Of a stretch of 64,000 nucleotides of DNA, positions 46,953 to 57,152 are shown piece after piece. The position numbers and the translations under genes are program-made. The stretch comes from a virus, in IMG/VR virus record IMGVR_UViG_3300023174_000002, positions 35,209 to 99,208 of that record, one strand, 5' to 3'. Within the stretch, counting starts at the first letter, position 1; every line of letters begins with the position of its first letter. Below the pieces are notes generated by a model. It did not search any database and was not told the DNA's origin. It saw only the letters and a list, made by a program, of their open reading frames with translations.

Positions 46953-47717
46953 TTAATTCCACGGTAAATCAACGACCCTATCAGCTAAGGGTTGCTGCAC
47001 TTGTTGTGGGTGAAAAATCTCTGAGTCTACTAGTGGTTTGGGCATCATATCCCAATTTTTAGGGTCTAGGATCATTAATTCGGTCCTAAGGCTGGGGTGA
47101 GCTACCCAAATCTGTGTAAGCATGGTGACTGCCAGCTTAGGCAGCCCAAAAAGCTCAGTGTCCTGAATGCCTGTTAGGGTCCACTTGCTGGTAGCCTTTT
47201 GCACACTACCAGCTTTGGCTCCGCTTTTGACTGTTAAACCCTGTTCTCTGATCTCCAGCAAACGCTCTGACCCTAAATCAGGGCACTGAGTAAACATTGC
47301 TTCCAGCAATTCCTGGTGTACCAGTTTAGTGTCTGGATTGAGCTGCCAAGCACTGTAAGGCACACTTTGATAGCGTTTGACCCCTGCTAGGATGACCGGA
47401 ACTAGTTGACTGCAATTAACACCAACGGGGCTACCCTGCAGTTTAACCAAACTGCCACGTTTTAGCTTAGTCACTACCCGCCACAAACCCATGTGCCAGG
47501 CTGTAGTAATATTCTGCTTGGCTGTTTCTTGCGGTAGTACTAAGCCCTGATCGTTGCGTATCAATTTCCAGCTACCATAGTGTGCTAGGATTTGTGGCAG
47601 CATCCAGCTGTTAAAATTTTGTAAGCCGTGTTTTTCTGCTAGGGCTTCTAGTGAGATGGCGTCTGCGTATTCTTCGAATGGAAATTCATCTATGTGCTGT
47701 TGTTTTAGTTTAAACAT
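46953..47717 (-). CDS. T5 D2-like protein (DNA replication associated)
   Basis: FPFEEY, W.LPQIL, LVP.IL...K.YQ.VPYS.W and MLTQIWVAHPSLR motifs recalled from the D2 family. Confidence 0.7.
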   Translation of the reverse strand: MFKLKQQHIDEFPFEEYADAISLEALAEKHGLQNFNSWMLPQILAHYGSWKLIRNDQGLVLPQETAKQNITTAWHMGLWRVVTKLKRGSLVKLQGSPVGVNCSQLVPVILAGVKRYQSVPYSAWQLNPDTKLVHQELLEAMFTQCPDLGSERLLEIREQGLTVKSGAKAGSVQKATSKWTLTGIQDTELFGLPKLAVTMLTQIWVAHPSLRTELMILDPKNWDMMPKPLVDSEIFHPQQVQQPLADRVVDLPWN

Positions 47718-47841
47718 TTTACGCCCGAATTGGGGGATTTTGTGAAAGTGGGGCCGCTTATTGAGGTTTAGGGTTGCATTAATAAAATAAGACGTAGTAT
47801 GGCTTTAGTGTATGTACAAATACAATTGGCCCCAAAAGACT

Positions 47842-47951
47842 TCCTAGATTCAATTAAATCTGAATAATCTGTTTATGTTTACGTGTGCCCTGCGGGTCTG
47901 TGGAAGATGAACACACTACATAAACGATTCTTCAATTTAATGAATCTAGGA
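47842..47951. repeat. Long imperfect inverted repeat upstream of D2
   Basis: TCCTAGATTCA..TTAAAT..TGAA..AATC..GTTTATGT pairs with ACATAAAC GATT..TTCA ATTTAA TGAATCTAGGA. Confidence 0.75.
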
Positions 47952-48016
47952 TTGTTTTAACCTCTTAGATTTAACAATATTATAGCATGGATTTTGCTAT
48001 TTGTAAAGCGGTATTT

Positions 48017-48310
48017 TTAGTCGTGCTCTAGTTTTTCATACGAGTCTCTGTGGCAGAGGAAAAATTCTTTGAATGTTCTAGTATCTTCCCTGCCAAAGTC
48101 CAGTTCATAAATCCACACTAACAAGTGCTCTACTAAACTATCGCCTAGGATGTTAGAGACTAGTTCGTCATATGCTTTATGCACTGGGCCGTAGATTTGT
48201 AGCTGATTGTCGGGATCTAGCTGTTGAACAGCGTGTTGCAGTGTTTGCTCTAGCTCTTGGTGTTGTTTGATCGTGGCTACGTATTGCAGTGCTACTTCAA
48301 ATTTATTCAT
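48017..48310 (-). CDS. Hypothetical protein
   Basis: WIYELDFG motif common in phage small proteins. Confidence 0.55.
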   Translation of the reverse strand: MNKFEVALQYVATIKQHQELEQTLQHAVQQLDPDNQLQIYGPVHKAYDELVSNILGDSLVEHLLVWIYELDFGREDTRTFKEFFLCHRDSYEKLEHD

Positions 48311-48457
48311 AGTGTTGTTTGATTGTCCAGTGTTTGTAAGTTTCGGGTTCTTGGAGTAGTTGACGACTCCACTTTAGCAACTGCCACTTTAGGTCAGGCT
48401 CGTGGTTGGGCAGTTTAGCTGCTGCTAGTCGGATAAGTTCTGCCTGCTCAAATTTGG

Positions 48458-48946
48458 TCATTGTCGCCTCATTATAGTAACTAGGTGAATTTTATTTGGA
48501 TGCCAGTTTTGTGATAAGATCTCAAACTTGCCACGGAAACCGTAAGTTTTAGCCCAGCAGTGTTGATTGTCAAAGTAAAGTGGAAAAGTTTCCTCAGTAA
48601 TAATGTTAACGTGCTCTGGGTCTCTGAAAGCTGCTGCCGCAGGAAATGCTGGAGTATGTGAGTAGAATACGCCTTGTGGTTTTAACACCCTGTAAACTTC
48701 ATTCATCAGCTCTATAAAACTATTACGACGTTTGGGTGTGTAAATTACACGTGGAATGTGCTCGATAAAATCATAGGCAGTAACTACATCAAAGTGCTCG
48801 TCAGCCCAAGGAATAGGCTCTAGAGCCAAATCAGCTACACGAACATGTGGGTTATTGTAGTCTACAACATCTACGCCCCAAATTTCTGTGCAGTCAAACA
48901 TACTTTTAGGTTTAGGTCCACAACCTAAGTCTAATGCTATAGTCAT
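48458..48946 (-). CDS. Class I SAM-dependent methyltransferase
   Basis: LDLGCG, FD.V.AYDFIEH, EVYRVLKPQG. Confidence 0.85.
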   Translation of the reverse strand: MTIALDLGCGPKPKSMFDCTEIWGVDVVDYNNPHVRVADLALEPIPWADEHFDVVTAYDFIEHIPRVIYTPKRRNSFIELMNEVYRVLKPQGVFYSHTPAFPAAAAFRDPEHVNIITEETFPLYFDNQHCWAKTYGFRGKFEILSQNWHPNKIHLVTIMRRQ

Positions 48947-49116
48947 TGTTTAAAATGCTCCTCAATACGCTCACTAGCTGTATAAGTAGTGCTGGCTTGT
49001 AGTGCAATATGCCTACACTGTTTTACAATAAGCTGACTGTACTTTAGCAGTTTTTGATCATCTACACCTTCGTGTAGACCTGCTTGTACTGCCAGCTCGT
49101 GATAACCTTTAGGCAT
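48943..49116 (-). CDS. Hypothetical protein
   Basis: ELAVQAG..KYSQLIV..C..I.EHF family; similar to 50785-50991 and 52744-53013. Confidence 0.5.
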   Translation of the reverse strand: MPKGYHELAVQAGLHEGVDDQKLLKYSQLIVKQCRHIALQASTTYTASERIEEHFKQ

Positions 49117-49331
49117 CAAATTGGTGTACCTCCATAATCTTCGTCGGTACCCCAACCAGCAGTTTTAAAGCTGTAGCCATCATCGTCGTCAAAATTATTT
49201 TCTTGATGCTCGTCTACAAAACGCTGTAGTATGTTTTGAATGTGTTGGTTTAGGGTAATATCTTGTTTGTGTGCTTGCATTGCTAGCAGCAACAATTCGT
49301 CATTGTCAAGTTCTAGTTCAATAGTTTCCAT
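49116..49331 (-). CDS. Ribbon-helix-helix-like protein with acidic AGWGTDEDYG tail
   Basis: IELELD..LL.LAMQAHKQDITLNQ pattern plus acidic C-terminus. Confidence 0.55.
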   Translation of the reverse strand: METIELELDNDELLLLAMQAHKQDITLNQHIQNILQRFVDEHQENNFDDDDGYSFKTAGWGTDEDYGGTPI

Positions 49332-49525
49332 TAGTAATAATCTCCACTGCAATGTTTAACTAGATAATTGTATACTGGTTGAGGGTCTAGCATCCATTGA
49401 CCCTCAGGCGTTAAACCACTAAAAGCTTTGTTTGGACTGTGCCACCAGCACTTGCCAAACTCAGGGCCTAGCAGTGCTAGCAGCATTTCATCACAGCGTA
49501 GTTTAAGTGTGTCCTTAGTTACCAT
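49331..49525 (-). CDS. Hypothetical protein (MbcA/ParS antitoxin C-terminal-like)
   Basis: WWHSPNKAFSGLTP...V..YL resembles the DUF2384 fold. Confidence 0.4.
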   Translation of the reverse strand: MVTKDTLKLRCDEMLLALLGPEFGKCWWHSPNKAFSGLTPEGQWMLDPQPVYNYLVKHCSGDYY

Positions 49526-49907
49526 TAATATTTTCCTCTGTAAGAACTGGTGTATTTACATAAACTGCATAACCCGCGGCCAGGGTAAGGGGCAGAGCGA
49601 TCTGGGGAGCAATACCCGCTAGAATGCATAGATTATTAACGGCAGCAGCAGTCCATATAGTAGCTGCTGTTCTTTTTGGATTTTTCTGATTCTCTGGTGC
49701 CATTCGATCAATAGCATTAAGAATCAACACTTTAAGTAGCGTAACACCTACAAAACCTGCAGGATTGAGTTCATATCCTGCTCCTGTTCCAATTACCGCA
49801 GCAGTGGTAACGGTGTCAAGCACAGCAGCCTGTTTTGCATTAGGCACAGTACTACAACCAGTGCTAGCTAGTGACAAAATAATCAGTGTAGTAATAATAA
49901 AACGCAT
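49515..49907 (-). CDS. Putative lipoprotein/membrane protein
   Basis: Signal peptide ending ASTGC, further hydrophobic helices. Confidence 0.5.
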   Translation of the reverse strand: MRFIITTLIILSLASTGCSTVPNAKQAAVLDTVTTAAVIGTGAGYELNPAGFVGVTLLKVLILNAIDRMAPENQKNPKRTAATIWTAAAVNNLCILAGIAPQIALPLTLAAGYAVYVNTPVLTEENINGN

Positions 49908-49908
49908 A

Positions 49909-52900
49909 CTAACTAATAACTTGCAATCGTTGTTTGATAGCTAAATCCAACTCCGCAATCTGTTTAAGCCTAATATCATCCATGATATTTAAACCAACAA
50001 ACTCGCTCTTGAGGTTTTGCTCAGTCATCAGCCAAAGCTGATCGCGATACTTTTTAAGTGCGTCTAGGACAACATCGTAGTCATCACTATTCATTTAATA
50101 TCCCAAGTAATCTTAGGGTTGTCGCGTTCGTATAGTTCTACTAGCTGATCCAGCGTCCACGGCGCGTCAGTTTCAAAGGTATCTAACCAGCGACCAAACC
50201 TGGCCCAATCTAGGCTAAGCATGGGCGGCACACCAATCTCTTCTCCGTAGGGATCACTGGTGCCCATGACATCAATTCTACCACAACTATAGCTTTTAGT
50301 AATTATTTCAAGTGTATAGCGCTCACCAGTTTTGCGTCCGGTGTACGGATTGTCCTGTTCTTGTACATGGTATTCTAGCGTGGTCAAACCACGCTTGCGA
50401 TACCAGTCCAGGCTAGCTGGACCCATCCAGTTTGTAGAATACCTGACTTTCATGCTACCAACCAGTTAACTTTGTCTTTGAGCATAATGGTTTCAATGCC
50501 GTCATACTCACTAATAATAAACTCCTCGCCTTGCTTAATCCAGCTGAGCTTAAGCCCATCAAACCCGCGAAACGCAACGTCTGGATGTGCCTGCTCAAGG
50601 TATTTATAGGCAGCGTCTTCAACTTCCCGTTCCAGTTCGGTATTACTGTCAGCACCCAGCCACCACAAGTACAGCTTAATCAACTCGGCATCAAACATAG
50701 TTTCAGGATACCAAGTAGCCCAAGCCGTGCCCCAATCATCGCTGTGGAGAATGGCTACTTCGCCGTTTAACACATACTTTTGCATTATTCAACTCCAAAA
50801 TGTTGTTTAATCTCTAGAATAGGATGTAAGCATTCTTCGCCCGGTTTGCTCATTCTAACAGTGTAAGGAGCAATAATATCAATACATTCTTGCACAATCA
50901 ACTGGGCAAACATTTCCTGATCAAAATAAAGTCGCCCATCTAGCCTTTGATCCCAACACTGTTCAGCAAGTTTTTTGAAATTACGGTTCATGCTTTATAT
51001 TCTCCACAAGGTAAATCCGGCCTGTATTCCCAGCAGTAAAAATTACCTATTGGCAGGTGTCGGCTGGGAAAATACCAAACCTTTCTGTAACCAATCCACT
51101 GTAAAAATTTATGCCAATACCACTGTATCATTAGTTTAAGTTCCGCTTAGGCAGTTCGTTGGGATCTAGCATACCTAGTAGCTTAAGTTGCGTAGTTTCA
51201 CTCAAACCTTCAAATTCTTCATTAGTCAATTCACGAGACTCTTCGGCAAACTTACCGCTACGAAAGCCCTGTTTGATATGTTCAATTAACTCGTCCAGCT
51301 CCTCCTGCGTACCTTCAAAATCATCAAAGCACCCTGGCGCAAACTCCAGTTCCATTTCCTGCATTTCTTCCTGAGTAATGTCATCAAACTTTCGCATCAT
51401 CAGACTCCTGTTTTTTATTCAACAACCATTCGTATGATTTAATTTCATCCCAGTAGAGCTGCAGTGCAGTTGCACGATCTACCTGATAAAATTCCATAAC
51501 AAATTCCAGTGCTTCTTTGTTCATTAGTCCAACTCCCCAGTAGGTACACCAGTGCACACAAGAATATCTGCAAGCATATACAGTGCTTCAAGAATCTCGT
51601 GATCAGTTAAAAAATCTTTAAGCGGGTTACCACACTGCTCTTGCCATACAGCATGCACAACTTTTTCAGCTAGGTGTTTGTTCATTTGTCTAGCCCCTCC
51701 TGTTTGCCTATTTCGTAGGCAGCTTTAAGCCACGGCAGCATTTTGTCATACAGCTCTTCGTTGCCGCCCAAGTCGTCTAGGAATCGCTCAGCACGAAAAC
51801 CAAAGCCTTCCAGCTCATAAAACCAGGCATAAAATGCTTCTAGTTTATTCATCACACAACTCCTTGGTCTGCTTACGCAGCTTTCTGATTTCTTCAGCAG
51901 CTTCCTTGCACAAGCCACGCAGCGTAACATTAGCTTGGTGTAGTGTATCAAAATTTTCTGGAAAAGCCACGTCAGGCTGTTCTAAGATTTGTGCTATATC
52001 TAAATACGGCGAGTCTGGGATATACGAGTGTTTGGGATTATTCAGTAACATTATCGTCCTCCACCGCTTCCCACATACGCATATAAAAATGTTTGCCGTA
52101 ACTTTCACGAACTTCGTCAGGATAGCCTGCCCAGTACAGCCAGTTATCTACATCGGGATCTTTAGTGCTATCCCAGATCTGCGGAAATCCATACCGCCAA
52201 CCGCTTGGCGGATCAACCCATAGTTTTTTAGTCATAGTGCTTTACCGCCTTTAAGCTTACATTCACCAACAGCTTTACTAGCACAACGACTAAATTTTAC
52301 ACACCAGTCGTTGTATGTTTTAGCTAAATTAGAACCTGCTGGATGTCCTGCATTATGATGATGCTTACAGTCCTTGCAATGTTTGTTCATTGTTGTGCCC
52401 TTTCTCAATTTATATAATATTATAGCACAAACACAAAGGGCATTCAACTGCAAAATATTGCCGCTGAATGCCCCTGTGGTGTTACATAAACTTATCTTCT
52501 GGTGGTTCAAATTCAAACCATTCGTGCAACTCGTGCATTACATTGTGCACTACTTGCTCAACAATCTGTTCTCTAGTAGGTTCGTCTGTGTATTTAAAAC
52601 TGCGATAGACGCCGGTTTGTACCCCGTCCTCAATGCAACGCTCTAGTAGTTTTAATATGTTGGGTTTCATGCACAACTCCAGTTATTTTCTAGCAGGACA
52701 ATCCCTACCCTGTCTACAGTTCTGATTACAGGGCGGGCAAGTTTTAGTGTAGGCCATAGTGTTTAAGAATTGCAACATCTACTTTTTCTTCGTCTAGTAG
52801 TGCTAATCGTGCTTGTAGTGCACACTGCCTAACAATGTTTTCGCCAAACTGCATTAGCATCAACTCAATCTTTTGCTCTTCACTAAACTTTTGTAGTTGT

Positions 52901-53734
52901 GGGTTGTTAAGTTGCATATGAGCACTGTATGCTGCTTCCTGCATGGGTTTAGGCATTGCAGGAATTTGTGGTTTTTGTTGTGGTAACAATTGTTGTAGTA
53001 CTTGATCAATCATCGGACTAGGCCGCCTTTGTTGTTAATACCCTTAAGGTCATTTAGGTTGAATACTGGAAAATAGTGACCTTTATGCATTGGTACAATG
53101 GTACGAGTAACCCTGCGGCTAGATTCTTCGCCACAAGGCATACACAGTTTTTTAGTGTGCTGAAGTGCCCAGCGACGTGGATCAACTGGTTCATCGCAAC
53201 GACGACAATTATGCATATTTGGTTCTCACAGAGTTTTTAATTTGTTCAATCTGACTGTCGGTTAGTGGTCCATCATCTGGTTTATATTCTTTGAGTGGTT
53301 CTTGTTGCTGCATCATGTGCCATGATCTATTACGACTAGCGCGCTGTGATACACTTTGCATCATGTTTTGTAGCATTTGACGACTACGCATATTAATCTT
53401 CCTCGTTTTTACGCCAAACTGCACGCAAACGTTTAATAAGTGTTCGAATGTATTCTTCATAAGAGTTTACAGTAGCACGTTGACCGGGCAACCAATTTGG
53501 CTTAAGTACTAGAGCTACTTCTTCATCTAAGGTAATAAGTATGGGTTTAGTTGTACCGTCCATCCAACGAAGATTTTTAAGTAGTAAGGTACAAGTAGCT
53601 ATTGATCCATCATTATTTAATGCTGGTATTGCTAATTTAACCCCGCCTTTTCGTTCCATATCATCTAGTAATGATAATGGTAAGTCTATTACGGTGATTG
53701 GCTCAAAGTCTTTTGTATAAATTACTACATTCAT
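49909..53734 (-). other. Cluster of about 15 tightly packed small hypothetical early genes
   Basis: Overlapping start/stop ORFs: 49909-50094, 50091-50453, 50450-50785, 50785-50991, 51131-51400, 51682-51852, 51845-52051, 52038-52235, 52232-52390, 52482-52676, 52744-53013, 53393-53734. Confidence 0.65.
53010..53216 (-). CDS. DksA/TraR-type C4 zinc-finger protein
   Basis: CRRCDEPVDPRR......LCMPC. Confidence 0.55.
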   Translation of the reverse strand: MHNCRRCDEPVDPRRWALQHTKKLCMPCGEESSRRVTRTIVPMHKGHYFPVFNLNDLKGINNKGGLVR

Positions 53735-53767
53735 ATATTATATCAGAGACAAGCTCCGTGTTCAAGT

Positions 53768-54448
53768 TTAAAGACTAAAATCTTCTTCTGCAAGTACTTG
53801 CGGAAAGAAAGCTCCAATAGTAATAGGTGCAACCACTCTAAGCTGTTGTAACACTAATTCAGCTAATTCACGATGTTCTTTTTGAGTAGTAGAGTCTAGT
53901 CGTTGTTGTAGGTAGAATATCCAACTGCGTATGGTACCGTTCATGTACATACGACTTGGTGTCAAACCCTCAGGCAGAATAGCCCGAGCCTGCTCTTTAG
54001 CTATGCCTTGCTCTAGTGCCCACTCGTATGCTTCAGTAGTTTTCTTGATTAGTGCATCTTGTAGTACTTCCCATTGATAAGCAAGTTGTCGTTGTTTATC
54101 TACACTCAAATCAATTTCCAGTGAATTTTGACGGTTCTTCTGGTCTTGTAGTCTACAGTCTCTACGCTCTAACTCGCCTAAGCTATTTACATCAGCATAG
54201 CGCTGTGAAAATTCCTGAAAACTAAAACTACGATGCCGCAAGATTTGGCGTGCAATATCACGTGTAGTATTAATTTCTAGGCATACATTAGCCATTTCAA
54301 ATGGTGATACATGACCATGTTTGATCATGTACTGTAACAATCCAGTAATACTAGGATTATCTTGATTTTTAGGGTTGGACACTCTGGCAATATAAGCTAT
54401 CTGCCCGTCAATATCCTGAGTTGCCCACATAGTTTTAACTTTTTGCAT
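53768..54448 (-). CDS. thyX: FAD-dependent thymidylate synthase
   Basis: GHVSPFE, RQILRHRSFSFQEFSQRY signature, QKEHRELA. Confidence 0.95.
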   Translation of the reverse strand: MQKVKTMWATQDIDGQIAYIARVSNPKNQDNPSITGLLQYMIKHGHVSPFEMANVCLEINTTRDIARQILRHRSFSFQEFSQRYADVNSLGELERRDCRLQDQKNRQNSLEIDLSVDKQRQLAYQWEVLQDALIKKTTEAYEWALEQGIAKEQARAILPEGLTPSRMYMNGTIRSWIFYLQQRLDSTTQKEHRELAELVLQQLRVVAPITIGAFFPQVLAEEDFSL

Positions 54449-54459
54449 TTTTGTCCAGG

Positions 54460-54894
54460 TTAAGTGTAGAATACGTGATTGCCAATTTTATCTGTACGTT
54501 CTAACCGCCACTTTGGTTTAACTGTTAAGTTATGATAGTACATAGCAGGAGTTTTACTTAGTTCAGGGTTTAGCATTAGCAGTTTAGCTAAATGCAGGCT
54601 TTCTGTCCAAGCATTGTTGTCTAGGATAGGCTTATACTTGCTATTAGTCCAGCTAAACTGTCCACGCTGATATACTACACCACAAATTGTATTTTTGAAT
54701 TTACCGCTGGCTACACGGTTTAGGGTAACTTTGGCCACAGCTAGTTTTCCTCGAATAGATTCTCCGCGAGCCTCGTGATAGATATTTTTAGCCAAACAAA
54801 CAGTCTCGTTGGTATATACCCAAGATCTAGGAATAGGAGCGGAATCAAGTAATTGCGGAAGTGCTAGCAGGCCCAGTAGTAGGAATTTTATCAT
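54460..54894 (-). CDS. Cell wall hydrolase (SleB/Hydrolase_2)
   Basis: CLAKNIYHEARGE, V.LNRV, ICGVVYQRGQFSW, IGNHVFY. Confidence 0.9.
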   Translation of the reverse strand: MIKFLLLGLLALPQLLDSAPIPRSWVYTNETVCLAKNIYHEARGESIRGKLAVAKVTLNRVASGKFKNTICGVVYQRGQFSWTNSKYKPILDNNAWTESLHLAKLLMLNPELSKTPAMYYHNLTVKPKWRLERTDKIGNHVFYT

Positions 54895-54931
54895 TATATG
54901 TCCTAAATTTGTGCCAAATCTTACATAAATA

Positions 54932-55035
54932 ATTATAGCACAATGGCCTGGCAAAATCAAGTTAATTTTGTGTGAGGGTGCTGCGCCAACGGCAAAAATT
55001 TTTGCGTTGCCAATGTTTGCCCTTTGTGTTATAAT
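54932..55035. promoter_or_regulatory. Divergent early promoters
   Basis: Minus TTGATT-17-TATAAT (54960-54932); plus TTGCCA-17-TATAAT (55007-55035); gene orientation switches here. Confidence 0.75.
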
Positions 55036-55324
55036 AATAAAAATTGGAGGATTGCTGTGTTACCAACTCAAAAACAAAATACCCAAGAACGATACATTCA
55101 AAAACTTGAACATTTAATTAATACTCAACTGCTTCCAGTCTATATGGAATATCGCAAACAACAAGGGCTAAATCCTGTTAGTGACATTCCCAAAGAGCTT
55201 TTAGCAAACGTAAAAAAACAAAACTCAGTACCTGCCTTGTTAAAACCTATTGAAAAATTATATTGATTTTTTATTTTAGTTTTGATATAATATAAAAATC
55301 GCAACCAACACAAACAAAACAATT

Positions 55325-55774
55325 ATGGAAACTACTATTATTACACCAGAAATGTTACAAGGACTTTTGAATAGTACAGATACCTGGAAACCGGGCGAAT
55401 ACATTAAATCACTTACAGCAGAAGATTTTGAAAAAATGAAAGATACTGTTCCAACTTTTACCGTTAGTGCTATTAAACACGACAGTGATAAGCCACCAAT
55501 GAATCTACTTAGCCGTGAGGCACTAGAGCAAACGGCCATGGTAATGGCATTTGGCAAGGAGAAGTATGCAGCACATAACTGGCGTGGCGGCTTTGCTTGG
55601 TCACGTCCACTAAGCGCAGCAATGCGGCATTTGATGGCATTTAACGATGGCGAAGATAAAGACCCTGAGTCTGGTCTTAGCCATCTTGCTCATGCAGCTT
55701 GTTGTATTATGTTCCTATTAGAATTTGAGAAAACTCATAAACATCTAGATGATCGTTTCAAGCCAACTAAATAA
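55325..55774 (+). CDS. DUF5664 dATP/dGTP diphosphohydrolase-domain protein
   Basis: KHDSDKP..LL, GKEKY..HNW, AMRHL, DPESGLSHLAHA. Confidence 0.85.
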   Translation: METTIITPEMLQGLLNSTDTWKPGEYIKSLTAEDFEKMKDTVPTFTVSAIKHDSDKPPMNLLSREALEQTAMVMAFGKEKYAAHNWRGGFAWSRPLSAAMRHLMAFNDGEDKDPESGLSHLAHAACCIMFLLEFEKTHKHLDDRFKPTK

Positions 55775-55979
55775 TAAACTTGTTCGTGAGCTATTGGGCA
55801 CACGAAAAGATTTAACCGCCGTATGTGAAGACCTAGGTATTAGCTTTGAAGAAATAACTAGATCAGGCGGACCTGGAATCCCACAATGCACACATTGTGG
55901 GCGCTGGGAATTTAAACTAATTCCAGACTTAGACAATAACCCTATTTGTAAATATTGCCGAGACATAGAAGGCATGTAA
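55749..55979 (+). CDS. Zinc-finger protein
   Basis: CTHCGRW...CKYC. Confidence 0.55.
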   Translation: MIVSSQLNNKLVRELLGTRKDLTAVCEDLGISFEEITRSGGPGIPQCTHCGRWEFKLIPDLDNNPICKYCRDIEGM

Positions 55980-56389
55980 TGCACAATTTAACAGATGAAA
56001 TATTTAAACTTACTGCTCCATACGATAACACCTATCAAGGACGCAATCGGCGCTGGCTATTTGTATGCAGCGCAGGGTTGTTGCGTTCACCTACCGCTGC
56101 TCAGATTGCCAGCAAATATGCACTAAATACTCGCAGTTGCGGTACTAGCGAATATGCACTAATACCTCTTAGCGTTAACTTGTTAGAGTGGGCGCATAAG
56201 ATCATATTTATGGGCCAAGATAATTTTGACGAGGCTATTGCAACTTTTAGTCAATTAGACACAGAAAACAATAGTCCATATTATGAAAATATGATTCGTG
56301 ATAAGTCGAGCGTGTGGGCAATTCCAGACAAATACGAATACATGAATCCAGATCTAGTAGCCATAATTGAAGATAAGTTACTAGCATAA
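55979..56389 (+). CDS. Low-molecular-weight protein-tyrosine-phosphatase-like protein
   Basis: P-loop FVCSAGLLRSPTA, IPDKYEYM. Confidence 0.8.
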   Translation: MHNLTDEIFKLTAPYDNTYQGRNRRWLFVCSAGLLRSPTAAQIASKYALNTRSCGTSEYALIPLSVNLLEWAHKIIFMGQDNFDEAIATFSQLDTENNSPYYENMIRDKSSVWAIPDKYEYMNPDLVAIIEDKLLA

Positions 56390-56467
56390 AATTTTACAGC
56401 AGCCTATTTAGGTGCTGTGTAACCACGGGCAAGTTGCCCACCTTAATCTTGCTTTTAGGAGATTCAA

Positions 56468-56887
56468 ATGACAAACTTTGATGTTAAACTATTAAATCGT
56501 GCCCTTGTTGGGTTTGATCACTTTTTCAATAATTTTGAAACACGTCACGCAAATCAGGTAAATACTAACTATCCGCCCTACAACGTAATCAAATTCGGTG
56601 AAAATGATTATATTATTGAAATGGCTGTAGCGGGATTTAAACGTGAAGAAATTAATATTGAACTAGAAAATGATGTACTTACTATTCGTGGCGCTAAACG
56701 CGATCAAAAAGCGGATACACCGCAGTATCTCTACCACGGCTTAGGTGCTCGTGGATTTCAACGACAGTTTACATTGCACAGCGATTTAATCATAAAAGAT
56801 GCACAACTAGAAGATGGTATTCTTAAATTACTAATCCTACACGTAGTTCCAGAAAACAAAAAACCAAAGCAAATCAAGATTAATTAA
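56468..56887 (+). CDS. Small heat-shock protein (Hsp20/IbpA-like)
   Basis: NYPPYNV, IEMAVAGF, YLYHGL..R.F.RQF, A.LEDGIL. Confidence 0.93.
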   Translation: MTNFDVKLLNRALVGFDHFFNNFETRHANQVNTNYPPYNVIKFGENDYIIEMAVAGFKREEINIELENDVLTIRGAKRDQKADTPQYLYHGLGARGFQRQFTLHSDLIIKDAQLEDGILKLLILHVVPENKKPKQIKIN

Positions 56888-56896
56888 AAACTAATC

Positions 56897-56925
56897 TTGA
56901 CACGGCGGGTATAATTTGCTATAAT
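56897..56925 (+). promoter_or_regulatory. Consensus sigma70 promoter
   Basis: TTGACA-17bp-TATAAT. Confidence 0.85.
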
Positions 56926-56948
56926 ATATCTTCAATTTGGAGATTTTT

Positions 56949-57152
56949 ATGGCAGGTTATACCCGCAATTTTTTGATTGATGTTGCACTACACCGATACC
57001 ACATTCTTAATCTTTCAGCAGAAGAACAGGCCAAAGATCGTGCTAGATGTGAACTTACTTATGATAAGTACGGCAAAGATAAATTTCGTGAGTATACTTG
57101 CGTAACTCCACAAGCAATTCGTGATTATAAAGCCTACCTAAAAAATGTTTAA
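56949..57152 (+). CDS. Hypothetical protein
   Basis: GGAG RBS; YDKYGKDKFR motif. Confidence 0.55.
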   Translation: MAGYTRNFLIDVALHRYHILNLSAEEQAKDRARCELTYDKYGKDKFREYTCVTPQAIRDYKAYLKNV

